Origin: Acidimicrobiia bacterium
GTDB lineage: Bacteria > Actinomycetota > Acidimicrobiia > Spongiisociales > ZC4RG35
Assembly: GCA_965204615.1 (NCBI GenBank)
Contig: OZ242000.1
Coordinates: forward strand, 214,956 to 278,955
DNA length: 64,000 bases
Reading direction: 5' to 3'
The position numbers and the translations under genes are program-made. Under the pieces are notes generated by a model. That model searched no databases and was not told the DNA's origin. It saw only the letters and a list, made by a program, of their open reading frames with translations. Below are positions 37,221 through 48,100 of the stretch, in pieces (within the stretch, counting starts at the first letter, position 1; the number at the start of each line of letters is the position of its first letter).

Positions 37221-37721
37221 ATGAGTGAGACATACCGACACATCCTTTCCCTGCGAGCCCTGCGTCAATACCGGCAGCGCGCCATCGAGGAGAACGATCT
37301 CGATCGCGTGCTGGAAGCGGCCCGGTGGACAGGCAGTTCGAAGAACCTTCAGAAGTGGGCGGTGGTGGTGATCCGCGAGAGTGCCCGGATCGACCGGCTG
37401 GCCGAATGCGGCGACTACACCAACCCGCTCCGGGCGGCGCCGGTGGCGCTTGCCCTGGTCCAGGAACCGAACACCCGGGAGTTCGACACCGGACGCATGG
37501 CGCAGAACATCATGCTGGCCGCCGATGCTCTGGGGATGGCGACCTGTCCGATCACCCTGCAGCGGACCCAGGACGCGGCCCGCCTACTGGGCCTGCCCGA
37601 GGGCTGGCGGTGCCGCTACGCCATCTCGCTCGGGTACCCGGCACCCGGCGCCCGTCCCTCCCGTTACGGGGGCCGCAAACCTGCCGGAGAGATATTTCAC
37701 AGGGAGTCGTTCGGCCGATGA
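37221..37721 (+). CDS. Nitroreductase family protein
   Basis: LRALRQY, LEAARWTGSSKNLQKW, AQNIMLAA, ISLGYP. Confidence 0.9.
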   Translation: MSETYRHILSLRALRQYRQRAIEENDLDRVLEAARWTGSSKNLQKWAVVVIRESARIDRLAECGDYTNPLRAAPVALALVQEPNTREFDTGRMAQNIMLAADALGMATCPITLQRTQDAARLLGLPEGWRCRYAISLGYPAPGARPSRYGGRKPAGEIFHRESFGR

Positions 37722-39373
37722 CCGTCACCGCTCGGGCGCTGGCCGACGAGTTCTGGGAGTTCCGCCTCGAGCACCGCCACTTCGCCAATCTATCCCGGGG
37801 GGAGTTGAGCCGCCTGGAGAGGTGGGACGACCTCTCGGCGGAGGGATTGGCGTCCTCCCGGGAGGCATTCGGAGACTTCGCGGCCAGATCATCCCGGACC
37901 ACCGTCGGGAACGCATCCGACCGGATCCTGGCGGAAACCGTGGCCGCAGCCGCATTCATGGATGCCAACGTGACCGTTTGGTGGCCGCAGTTGCAGGCGC
38001 CCAGCACCCAGAGCGGGTTGCTGAGATCGCTGATTCCGGCGCTCTACCTCCAGCCTCTGGTCACCCCCGATCATGGACGCCGGTACCTGGAGAAGCTGGG
38101 CGGCTTCCCGGCCATGGTCGATCAGTTGGTGGACCGGCTCCGCGAGGGCCGCGCCACCGGAGTGGTCCCCCTGGCCCGCCATGTCCGCCAGACGATGGGC
38201 AAGCTCGACCAGGTCCTCTCCCGCTCACCGGCAGAGGACCCGATCGCCGACCAGCCCCCTCCCACCGAACTCGGTCCTGATGAGGCCGGCCGGTGGAGGG
38301 CCGAGTTGGTGGCGGCGATCGAGACGGGCCTGCGTCCCGGCCTGGTCCGCTTCCGGGAGGCGCTGGGCGAGGTCACCCTTCCCTCCGGACGTCCCGATGA
38401 GCGGCCCGGGCTCTGCCACCTCGCCGGGGGCGATGCGGTGTACCGGGACATGGTCAGGGGCCACACCACCCTCGACCGCCGACCGGAGGCCATCCACCAA
38501 CTGGGACTGGAAAGGGTCGAGATGCTGGAGGATGAATACCGGGACATCGCCGGCCCGCTGCTCGGCACCGACGACGTCAGCGAGATCTACACCCGTCTGC
38601 GGGACGATCCCCGACTCCGCTATGCATCCTCCGAGGACCTGGTGGCGGACGCTCTTCGATGTCTCGACAAGGCCGGGGCGGAAATGGGTGAATGGTTCGA
38701 TCCCATCCCCCGGGCGCCGTGTGTGGCCCATCCCATCGACGTGGGGTCCATGGCCTACTACTACCCGCCGTCCGCCGACGGCGTTCGGCCGGGCACGTTC
38801 TTCTTCAACGTGGCGGACGCCGGCGCCTGGACCACCTTCCAGATTCCGGCCATCGCCTATCACGAGGGCATTCCCGGCCACCACCTCCAGATGGCCCTGG
38901 CCATCGAGAATCCCGACATCCACGACATCCACCGCGCCTACCTGCCGGCTTTCAGCGAGGGGTGGGGTCTGTACACCGAGCGCCTCTCCGACGAGATGGG
39001 CCTCTACTCGGACGAGTGGGAACGGGTGGGAATGCTCACCGGGGACTCGCTCCGGGCCGGTCGACTGGTGGTGGACACCGGGATCCACGCACTGGGCTGG
39101 TCCCGCGACAGGGCCATCCGGTTCCTGGCCGACCACTCGCCCATGTCACTCCACGAGATCACCGAGGAGATCGACCGGTACATCGCAACTCCCGGCCAGG
39201 CCCTCTCCTACATGCTCGGCCGGCTGGAAATCCAGTCACTGCGCGCCGAATGCGAAGCCCGACTGGGTGCGGCGTTCGACATCAGGAGCTTCCACAGCAC
39301 CGTCCTCGGCAACGGCGCCATCCCACTCGGCACCCTCCGCTCGATGGTCGGTGAGTGGCTGGACACCAACTGA
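37718..39373 (+). CDS. DUF885 family putative metallopeptidase
   Basis: HEGIPGHHLQ, EGWGLYTE, RLVVDTGIH, PGQALSYMLG. Confidence 0.92.
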   Translation: MTVTARALADEFWEFRLEHRHFANLSRGELSRLERWDDLSAEGLASSREAFGDFAARSSRTTVGNASDRILAETVAAAAFMDANVTVWWPQLQAPSTQSGLLRSLIPALYLQPLVTPDHGRRYLEKLGGFPAMVDQLVDRLREGRATGVVPLARHVRQTMGKLDQVLSRSPAEDPIADQPPPTELGPDEAGRWRAELVAAIETGLRPGLVRFREALGEVTLPSGRPDERPGLCHLAGGDAVYRDMVRGHTTLDRRPEAIHQLGLERVEMLEDEYRDIAGPLLGTDDVSEIYTRLRDDPRLRYASSEDLVADALRCLDKAGAEMGEWFDPIPRAPCVAHPIDVGSMAYYYPPSADGVRPGTFFFNVADAGAWTTFQIPAIAYHEGIPGHHLQMALAIENPDIHDIHRAYLPAFSEGWGLYTERLSDEMGLYSDEWERVGMLTGDSLRAGRLVVDTGIHALGWSRDRAIRFLADHSPMSLHEITEEIDRYIATPGQALSYMLGRLEIQSLRAECEARLGAAFDIRSFHSTVLGNGAIPLGTLRSMVGEWLDTN

Positions 39374-39388
39374 ACAACCGGAAACCCG

Positions 39389-39568
39389 ATGAGCGCTCCG
39401 CGGTTGGCTGGATCCAGGAGAATTCTGACCGTTTCGATTGTGCTGTGTGTTGCGACGTTGTCGTCCGGCGCGGTGGTGGGTCAGAATTCCGCACCCAGGG
39501 CGTGGGACACCTTCGAGGATGTTCCCGCCGGGCACTGGGCGGACCAGGCGATCGGATAGGCCGTTAGC
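39389..39568 (+). pseudogene. 5' remnant of an SLH surface-protein gene
   Basis: Signal peptide followed by FEDVPAGHWADQAIG*AVS, with TAG at the conserved Trp (39557-59); no continuation. Confidence 0.75.
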
Positions 39569-39678
39569 GTGTCCTGTTTCTGGGTGGGGGCGACGGGCAA
39601 ACCGCCGAGTCAACCCGGGTTGGACCTTGTCACGGTCCTCGAGGTGACGATCCCCGCAGTTACCCTGTCCGGTCCAGG

Positions 39679-40113
39679 CTACCGGGCGCCGGGTCGATCG
39701 TGGGCCGCCCGCCACAGACGGCAGGACTCCACGGCGAAGACGACGGGCAACACCGTGTCGATCAGATGCCAGATCGTGCCGTTGGGGCTGGTCCCCCAAC
39801 CCGCCGCGAACCAGTTGGGCACGAAACCGAGCGTAAGCAAAACCGCGCCGTAGAACATCACGGTCGCCACCAGCCATCGGCGGATGTCAACCGACGCGGC
39901 CGAGTCGATCCTCCTCTTCTCTTTGAACGTAGTGACCAGCATCAACACCAGGCCGAAGGCCATGAACCAGTTGAGCACGTCCCACGTAGCGCGCGCCGTG
40001 TCGATGACCTCACCGCCGGAGTCGTACGCGTACAGCGGGTACAACACGAACTGCACCGCCACAGCCACCGCCACCAAAGCGAGGTAGGCGCTGATCAATC
40101 TATGCACACCCAC
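39679..40113 (-). CDS. Four-TM membrane protein of unknown function
   Basis: Four hydrophobic segments; AAGGAG SD upstream of GTG. Confidence 0.7.
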   Translation of the reverse strand: MGVHRLISAYLALVAVAVAVQFVLYPLYAYDSGGEVIDTARATWDVLNWFMAFGLVLMLVTTFKEKRRIDSAASVDIRRWLVATVMFYGAVLLTLGFVPNWFAAGWGTSPNGTIWHLIDTVLPVVFAVESCRLWRAAHDRPGAR

Positions 40114-40369
40114 CACGAACTCTCCTTCCAAGTCGGCTACCGCATCCCACGGTGGTGACCTTCCCTCCCTGTTCCGGTCACCGTCCCAAAGGATAACCAC
40201 GATCTCGGCGGCTAATAGGGGTGAGGCTGCGCGACGTTCACCGCGAAGCTCGACAGCTTGAGCTGCACCGATGTTGATGTCTGGGCGTACGCGGGTCGGC
40301 GAGAGCCGGCGCCGCGCATCTTGCCGCTGACACCATGCGTCCGGCGAGCCGGCCGCGGGTTGGTTTACT

Positions 40370-41274
40370 GTGGCTGTGGTTGGGGGACTGCGGGCTGGGT
40401 GATGGTCGCGTGGACGCGGTCGTCCTTGCCGGCCTCGTTCTGCGCACGCACCCAGACGCGGTGGGTTCGTCCCGCTTCCAGGTTTTTGAATGTGACCTGT
40501 GTCCTCTTGGCCTCGGGTGTCTTCGTCTTGCCGCTGCCGGTTGCGCCGCCCTCTGGCCTGAGATGGACGATGTACCCGTCCGCGGCGATTCGTACACCGG
40601 GTAGTACGCCAAGTTGTTTCCGAGGGACGGCATGCCGGCGGCGAGCAACTCGAAGGCGAGCGACACGGCGTCGAGCGCGAAGTCGTCCCAGGGACGGAAG
40701 TCGTAGCGGTAGACGCCCAGTGATCCGTCAGGCGCGACGACGTTGGGGTGCCATATCAGCTCGCCGTGCATACCGCTGCGCCACGGCTCTGCCGAGGTGT
40801 CATATCCCACCGCTTCAGCAAACTTGTAGTGCGCCCGATGGGTCTGGGTGTTGAAGAAGTAGAGCGACGGAGACGCCGAGCCGGGATTCAGGATCGAGAA
40901 CTTGATGTACTCGAGGCCAGATGTCCATCGATCGGCTCGACGTTGTTGCCCTGGTAGGAGTTCTGCTGGAACGCAGCACGGTCGGCGAGATGGAGGGTGC
41001 CGTTGGCGCTGTTGACTGACTCCGCCGGGTTGAGCGGTTGCTTCGTTCCGAGGTCCGCGAGTTCCGTGATGTCGTCGATGCAGTCGCCGTCGACGTCGGC
41101 GGGGTTGGCGACCTGGAACTTGTTGACGCGGTACTTCGAGGTCGGCAATTGTTGGAGGTTGTCCGAGAGCGTCGTCATGCCCGCCTCGCTCCGCTTCACG
41201 AGGATGCAGAGCGGTTTGTGTCGAGAGTCCAGGTCCGGCGGCGGGTGTGTGGCTACGCTAGGATGATCGAGCAT
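40370..41274 (-). pseudogene. Fragmented gene for a large secreted protein (Ca-binding DVDGDC motif, FN3-like tail)
   Basis: Protein-like segments in three frames: PADVDGDCIDDITEL; HGELIWHPNVVAPDGSLGVYRY; VTFKNLEAGRTHRVWVRAQNEAG. Confidence 0.6.
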
Positions 41275-41312
41275 TGAGAGAATCTGACGGTGCTTTACCG
41301 CCGACCAAGCAG

Positions 41313-43112
41313 ATGAGTTGGCGCTTGGCGGGTTTCGTCGCGCTGTGCGTCGTGGCCGTGCTGGCGGCGGATACGGGTACCGCGGTCGGCGCGGCGGGGG
41401 GCCAGCCGGTGGCGGCCTTCACCGACACGGAGTACGCGGTGCCCTTCTACGGGACGGTGTGGGACGACAAAGACCCGATCCTCACGTCGGCGGCGGCGGC
41501 CACCAACGGGGCGAAATTCTTCGGGCAGGTGACCGTGGCCGAGCGCGACGGGAGCTCCTTGGATCTGTCGTTCGCGGTGGAGGACCAGTCCGAAGGCCCC
41601 CTGCATCAGGCATGCGAACCCGACGACGGGTGCAACGAGGTGACTGTGCAGGTCACCCCGGACGGGCTGCTGTATCTCTACTGGCCCCAGAGCAGTCAGC
41701 CGGTACGGCAGGTCACCCCGGAGGGGGCGCTGTATCTCTACCGGCCCCGGGGCAGTCAGCCGGTACTACCGGTGAACGATACGTACTTCGGGGGGTTCGG
41801 GTCTCGCGCGGTGGAGTTGTCGGCGGCCGACGCGGACTCGGGCTTGAAGGTGTACCGGGAGGTGACGGTGGACCCGCCCACGGAGACGGCGGGCTGCGAG
41901 GACTACGACGGCGGCACGCCCGTGGCGTTCACGTGCCTGTACCTGCGCCAGCTGCTGCCGCCGGGCCAAGCCGCCGACCTCGACGAGGCGGCGCTGCGAG
42001 CGAAGCTGCCCAAGCTGGTGCAGGACAGCGCCAACTACCGGCTGGCGTTCGCCGAGGAGTTCAACGGCACACCTCCGGCGGCTGACGCGAACGGCTGCCG
42101 CGACGGGCTGTCCACCCTCGATCCGGACGTGTGGAGCTACTACGACGCCTGCGACGACGTCGACTCGCGGGGCGAGCCGTGCGGCAACGTCGCCGATGGC
42201 GGCTTCACCATGGGCATCTTCTCGTCATGCGGACCCTACGGGATAGTCGGGTTCCTGCTGGGAACTCATGGTCATCTTCACATGAAATACGGCTACATCG
42301 AGGTGGGGTACAGCTTCAATATCGACCAATGGCGCGACGTGTACCACAACTACAACATGATCTTGAATGTGTCGCGTGACGGGCTGCATTACCTGCGCAA
42401 TCAGCACGGGGTGGAGATAGAGAACTGGGAGGACTATCTGAAGTCGTCTCAAGTAGAGATCGACATCTTCGAGCTCCCTCGCAGCGAGAGCCTCCACATT
42501 CAATACGACGTCTTTCATCAGTACGCCAACTGGCACGAGGACACCGCCGATATCCCCGCCACCGTGTGGCCCACCGCAAGTAGTAAGTTCACTCAATACT
42601 GCGACAGGCCGAATCGCGTTTTCGGACAGAGACAGCTAGGTGTCGTCCAAAACTCGAAGTCATGCAGGAATCGCGACACCGTCCGCGTGACCAAAGGACT
42701 GGAGTGGACCCCGCGCGGCTACCGCACTTACATACAGGTCCACAACCCCCGGTATGGAATGACCGAACTGACGCTTGTGCCAAAGGATCAGATCACGGTC
42801 CGTCAAAGGGTTCTCGGCAGCCCGACGCATACCGTTAGGTGGCACCCAACGCACAGGGATCCCTTCTTCGAATACCTCGAATACCTCGAAGTCGATGGCG
42901 AGGAGGTGCCCGACCTCAGCACGCTGCTCGAGCAGGTTGGCGTCTCGCACATACCGATGCCGATTCTCCTGAACGTCTGGGGCTGGTTGGAGCGGCCCGA
43001 GGAGGGCGAGGAGGGCGAGCAGCCCTACATTCGCCGGCGGATGACGTTCGACTACGTGCGGGTGTGGCAGCCCGAGAACCACTACGCCGACATGGAGCCC
43101 GTCTACCAATAG
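41313..43112 (+). CDS. Secreted GH16-like (ConA fold) glycoside hydrolase with a Cys-rich N-terminal region
   Basis: Signal peptide; LAFAEEFNG, KYGYIEV, EIDIFE (ExDxxE), GLEWTP, DYVRVWQ. Confidence 0.78.
   Translation: MSWRLAGFVALCVVAVLAADTGTAVGAAGGQPVAAFTDTEYAVPFYGTVWDDKDPILTSAAAATNGAKFFGQVTVAERDGSSLDLSFAVEDQSEGPLHQACEPDDGCNEVTVQVTPDGLLYLYWPQSSQPVRQVTPEGALYLYRPRGSQPVLPVNDTYFGGFGSRAVELSAADADSGLKVYREVTVDPPTETAGCEDYDGGTPVAFTCLYLRQLLPPGQAADLDEAALRAKLPKLVQDSANYRLAFAEEFNGTPPAADANGCRDGLSTLDPDVWSYYDACDDVDSRGEPCGNVADGGFTMGIFSSCGPYGIVGFLLGTHGHLHMKYGYIEVGYSFNIDQWRDVYHNYNMILNVSRDGLHYLRNQHGVEIENWEDYLKSSQVEIDIFELPRSESLHIQYDVFHQYANWHEDTADIPATVWPTASSKFTQYCDRPNRVFGQRQLGVVQNSKSCRNRDTVRVTKGLEWTPRGYRTYIQVHNPRYGMTELTLVPKDQITVRQRVLGSPTHTVRWHPTHRDPFFEYLEYLEVDGEEVPDLSTLLEQVGVSHIPMPILLNVWGWLERPEEGEEGEQPYIRRRMTFDYVRVWQPENHYADMEPVYQ
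41648..41766 (+). repeat. In-frame 60-bp tandem duplication
   Basis: GCAGGTCACCCCGGA...GCAGTCAGCCGGTAC at 41648 and 41708. Confidence 0.9.
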
Positions 43113-43141
43113 CCCGCCGCTCTGCCGGCAGACCGGGACGG

Positions 43142-43600
43142 CTAGAGGCCTGAACCGGTTTGTCGGGTTGTGATGGCTCGGGTCAGGAAGCTGGCCATCT
43201 GGGCTCTGGTAGTGGCTTCTTGGGGGCAGAAGCGGGGCGGGTCGGTGTCGCATCCTAGGGTGATTCGGGCGGCTGCTAGGGCGTCGATGTCGGCGGCGTG
43301 GTAGTTGTGGGAGGTGTCTTCGAAACCGGCGGCCTCGGCTGCGGGTATCTCGAACGCTCTTACTAGGAAGCTGGCCATCTGGGCGCGGGTGACGGGCCTG
43401 TCGGGGCAGTACTCCAAGGGCTCGGTTGAGCATCCTAGGGTGATTCCGAGTTGGGCGAGGCGTTCGACGTGACCGGCCCACCAGCGGTCAGCACCCACAT
43501 CCGCGAATCGAGGCTGGGTTGGTTGGGCGGGATTCTGTCCGTCGACTACCCGCACTAGCCATACCGCCATTTCCCAGCGTCTGATTGGCTCTTGGGGGCA
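43142..43600 (-). pseudogene. 3' remnant of an SLH-domain gene, truncated by IS1380
   Basis: FADVGADRWWAGHVERLAQLGITLGC...TRAQMASFL, twice; 5' part replaced by transposase DNA. Confidence 0.82.
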
Positions 43601-44229
43601 TGGGAACCGGGGACGGCAGCCGGTGCGGTGGGCCATGTGGGGTTGCATGTTCTGGGGCGTTTCGCCGACTCGGTTGGGATGCCCCAAGCCCTGTCGGATG
43701 TGTTCGACGGCCAGGGGGTGGTTCATGATCGGGGTGGGGTGTTGTGTCATGGGATGCTGATGTTGACCGGCGGCGGACAGTCCTGTTCGGTTCGGTGGCG
43801 TCGGACTCCACGTTGTATCGGACGATGCGCAGCATTGATGAACAGACCCGGGCGGGGTTGGCCGCTGCTGTGAGCGGGGTGCGGGAACAGGTATGGAAAA
43901 GGTCGTCGGTGACCAACCGAACCGACGAGGTGATCCTGGACATCGACGCGTCTTTGCACCAAGTGCATTCAGAGAACAAAGAGGACACAGCTGTCTACTA
44001 CAAGGGATTTGGGTTTTGTCCTCTTTATGTGTTCTCCGACGCCACCGGCGAATGTCTCGCTGTCAAGCTGCGGCCCGGTGACGCCGCAGCGAACACGGTT
44101 TCGGATCATGTGGAGGTGCTGGACCAGGCGATCGAGGCGCTGCCTGCTCATATCAGGATCGGGCATGGTCGGGGTGACAGCCCGGATCTGGTGGAACGGG
44201 CGATGAGAGTGCGTACCGAATCGGCGGGT
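43601..44229 (+). pseudogene. IS1380-family transposase fragment
   Basis: HDRGGVL, VASDSTLYR, ILDIDASL, GECLAVKLRPG, VRTESAG; frameshifted. Confidence 0.82.
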
Positions 44230-44898
44230 GCGCCGCCGAGGCGTTCGGTTTCCGCTAAGACCTGCCAGGCCGGCTCTTCTCATCAGCATCGCTACCGCGT
44301 TGTGCCCCACGGTAATCCGGTGACCCAGCCGCAGTTGGGCGTGCACCCGCCGCGCTCCGTAGGTGCCGCGTGACTGTTGGTGGATCTGATGAATGATGTC
44401 GGTCAGCCACGCATGACGAATAGTGCGGGCCGAGGGCGGACGGGACCGCCAGGCGTAGAACCCGGACTCTGATACTCCTAGCACCCGGCAAGCTACTTGT
44501 GTGGGCAATCCTTCGGTTCTCATGGTGCGGATCGCCTCGTACCGCCTTTTGGGGACACCACCTTGGCCTTCAGCAGCTCAATTGCCTGTTTAGTCACGGC
44601 TAGTTCGGTTTCCAACTCTGAGATCCGGCGGCGAGCGGCCTGCAACTCGGCTTTCTCCACCGAGGTCGGACCTGGTTCCAGACCGCGGTCAATCCTGTCT
44701 TGACGTCGCCAGTTGTAGATCGTCTGACCCGACACCCCAAGATCCTCTGAAAGGGAAGCTGCCGATCTGCCAGCTGCCAGCAGATACAGCACCCTCCGCC
44801 GGAACTCGGGTGGATAACGATAAGGCATGAAGACCCTCCTTTGGGTCGGTCACACCACTAATTCAAATGTCTCGACTCCACAAAAGTGGGGGCACTCC
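44230..44898 (-). mobile_element. Truncated IS3-family element (orfA 44520-44828, 5' part of orfB)
   Basis: orfA MPYRYPPEFRRRV...QTIYNWRRQD; orfB ACRVLGVSESGFYAW...SRGTYGARRV; CCCAAAAGG at the overlap; end GGAGTGCCCCCACTTTTGTGGAG. Confidence 0.88.
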
Positions 44899-45134
44899 TA
44901 AGTCTCCAGAAAACTCGGGGCGATTCACACCCACCCCAGGTAAACCACCCCCAAACCACCAACCCGACCACCACCCACCCCCGCCGACCAAACACGCCCC
45001 CACAACCCCGCACCCCCCAACAGATGGCAATTATCAGTGACCAGATCCGGGAACCTTCACTGATCACCCACACAAACCCCAAAAACCACCCCCAAACCCA
45101 CCACCCCCAAACCCCCATGAACAATCGGGGCTAG
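44899..45134. mobile_element. Stack of IS ends: IS3-type end (44899-44927), IS21-type end (45020-45072) and probable IS1380 3' end (to 45134)
   Basis: Reverse complements TGAATCGCCCCGAGTTTTCTGGAGAC and TGTGGGTGATCAGTGAAGGTTCCC; ATGAACAATCGGGGCTAG (MNNRG*). Confidence 0.55.
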
Positions 45135-45141
45135 ATGGAAT

Positions 45142-48100
45142 TCACTCACTGTTTGGGGTGGGGGTGAAGGCGGTGTTGTCCTGTCCCCAGATGTGGGGGC
45201 GGATGGCGACTCCGTTGATGAACAGGGCGGCTTCGGCGCGGGTGGCGGGCCGGTCGGGGCAGAAATGTTTGGGTCCGCATCCGGGTACGACGTTGAAGTC
45301 GGTGAGCCAGGTGATGGCGGTTGCGTAGAAGTCGTCGGGTTCCACGTCGGTGTAGAAGGGTGGCGAGCCGGTGTAGGTGGCTTCGGTGTGGCGGTACAGG
45401 AGGGCGGCCATCTGCCCACGGGTGACTTGGTGGGTGGGACAGAATTTCCAGTTGGTGTCCCCGAATGTGCCGGGGGTGCATCCCAGGGTGGTGTTGTTGG
45501 AGACGGCCCAGCCGATGGCCTGGTCGGAGTAGATGCCTTCTGTTACGTCGGTGAAGGCTTGGGTTCCGGTGTACCGGGGGGTTGGCCGTCCGGCTGCTCT
45601 CCATAGGAAGGTGACGAATTGTTGTCGGGTGAGGTTTTGTTCGGGACAGAACCGGGTGGGGGCGCATCCGGAGGTGACCTGGTTGGTGATCATCCATGTC
45701 ACGGCCGCTTCATACCAGGCTCCCGCTGTTATGTCTTCGAACAGGTCTGATGCGCCCGGTGGGGGTTCCTCGGCGTTTTCGTCGCCGCCGGGCGATCCTC
45801 CTCCCGTCGAAGGGGAAGGCGGCGGAGATCCACCACCCCCTCCTCCTCCTCCCCCTCCTCCGCCTCCGGATGGTGGTGCTGGCGGTGGAGGAGGCGGCGG
45901 CGGTGGTGGAGGCGAAGAAGGAGAGTCGCGGGTGACCGTGATCATGTAGGTGCGAGCCTTGCCGCTCTGCGCGGTGACCTTCACGGTGATGGTGTTCTGG
46001 CCGACCTGCAGAGCGACTTGGTGGCCTGCCGTGACCGTGTCGGCGTCGGCCGGGGTGATCACCGCCGACGCCGACGACTCGGTGGGTGTCGCGGTCACTG
46101 TCACGCTGCCGGTGCCGGAGTCCACCGACGCCGTGTACGACGTGGTCGCCGACGCGAACGACGGGTCCAGCGTCACACCGCCGAGCGACAGCGAGGCCAG
46201 CGAGGGGTCATCATCGGGTTGGGCGCGGGTGACGGTGACGGTGTAGGTGCGCGTTCTGCCGCTCTGCGCGGTGACCTTGACGGTGATGGTGTTCTGGCCG
46301 ACGTCCAGACTGACCTGGTGTGCGGGTATGAACGGTTGCAGATCGATGGTGTTGAACTCCACCTTGGCCGTCGCCGGCTGCGTCGCCGTGTGCCACACCG
46401 TCACGTCGGTGGTCTCGTAGGCCACCGACGTGGTGTACGACGTGGTCGTTGCCCTGAAGGCGGGGCTGAACGCCGGGAACGTCCCCGTCGACGTCCCCAC
46501 CGTCAGAAAGGCCAGTGATGGGTCGTTGTCGGGTCGGGCGCGGGTGACGGTGATGGTGTAGGTGCGGGTGGCGCCGCTCTTCGCGGTGACCTTCACGGTG
46601 ATAGTGTTCTGGCCGACTTGCAGAGCGACTTGGTGGCCGTCCGTGTCGGTGTCGGCGTCGGCCGGCAAGATCGCCATCGACGCGGACGACTCGGTGGGTG
46701 TGGCGGTCACCGTGGCGCTGGCGGTCGTGTACCCCACCGACGCGGTGTATGACGTGGTCGCCGACGCGAACGACGGGTCCAGCGTCAGGCTCCCGAGTGT
46801 CAGCGAGGCCAGCGACGGGTCATACCCTGCGCGGGTGACGGTGATGGTGTAGGTGCGGGTGTCGCCGTTCTGCGCGGTGACCTTCACGGTGATGTCGTTC
46901 TGGCCGTAGCCGAGACTCACTTGGTGGCCGTCCGTGTCGGTGTCGGCGTCGGCCGGGGTGATCACTGCCGTCGCGGACGACTCGGTGGTCGCCGGCGTCG
47001 CCGTGGCGCTGTCGGTGCCGGACTCCACCGACGCCGTGTACAACTTGGTCGCCGAATCGAATCCCGGGCTGAGCGTCACGCCGCTCAGCGACAGCGAACT
47101 CAGCGACGGGTCGCTGTCGAGCGCTCCGATGTCCAGCGAGTATGTCGTGGCGTCGGCGAAGGTGCTGGTGAACGAGACCTGCAGATCGTACCGGGAGCCG
47201 GTCGTCAGGCCGGTCAGCGAGAGCCGCTCGAGGTTGCCGGCGTTCTGCCGCGGCTGAGCGGCAGACCACGTCTCCCCCGACCTGCGGTAGCGCCAGTACA
47301 TCGTCGACCCGTCGGTGTTGGCGATTCGCACCACGGCCACGGCTGACGTGTCGGTGACGGCTGTGAACGAGACCGTCCGCACCACGTTGGTGCCGCTGCG
47401 CTGGCGCAGCAGGATCGGCGCGGTGTTCTCGGTGAGCTGTGACAGCCCGCCGTAGTCGTCGGGCGCCAAGGCCACGTAGAACACCTCCGTCTCGCCGGGA
47501 TCGTCGGTGGTGGCGAGGTCGTCGTGCAGCTCGATGCTGACGGTGCGCTCGGCGCCCGCAGCGGCGGAACCGTCCCAGTCGAACTTCTCGTATCCCCAGA
47601 CGCGGTACACGGTGCGCGAACCGCCCGAATACAGCTCGCCGTAGCCGTAGTTGAATCTATCCCGCGCCGGTGCCTGCTTACTGAGCGTGAGGTCTTTGCT
47701 GTATCCGGAATCGACATCGGCGATGACCGAGTCCTCAGCGACGAGCGCCCGTGCCTCGTCGACAGCGCTGTGGAGCACCGCCACCACCGGCCATGGCTGA
47801 GGCGTGGCTCCGTTGTTGGTGAGCGTGCACTCGACGGCTGAGCCCTCCTCCGCCTCGGACGGACACGAGAGCTCGAAGTCGTCGAGAGTGACGGTAACCG
47901 TCGTGGCGTTGCCGATAGCGCTGCGCACAATGTCGATCTGATACGTAGCGACGGTGCCGTCCTCACCGGTCACCGTCAGCGTCACCGAGGTGGCACCAAC
48001 GCTCAGCGGCACCGACGCGCTCTCCTCGCCGCTTGTCACCGAGAGGCTGGTGACGTCGCCCTCTGCGAGCACCACGCTGCTGCCGCCGTGCGTTGCGGCC

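Noticed and set aside
26788-39392. Many long antisense or alternative-frame ORFs (e.g. 26788..28119, 30967..32226, 32727..33911, 38073..39392)
   Set aside because: Typical high-GC shadow ORFs overlapping well-supported genes
43142-44523. ORFs 43142..43750 and 43969..44523 as intact genes
   Set aside because: Chimeric read-throughs across the SLH/IS1380 and IS3/IS1380 junctions
44858-45134. Trp/Gly/Val-rich and Pro/Thr/His-rich small ORFs
   Set aside because: Artefacts of extreme A/C strand skew in stacked IS ends
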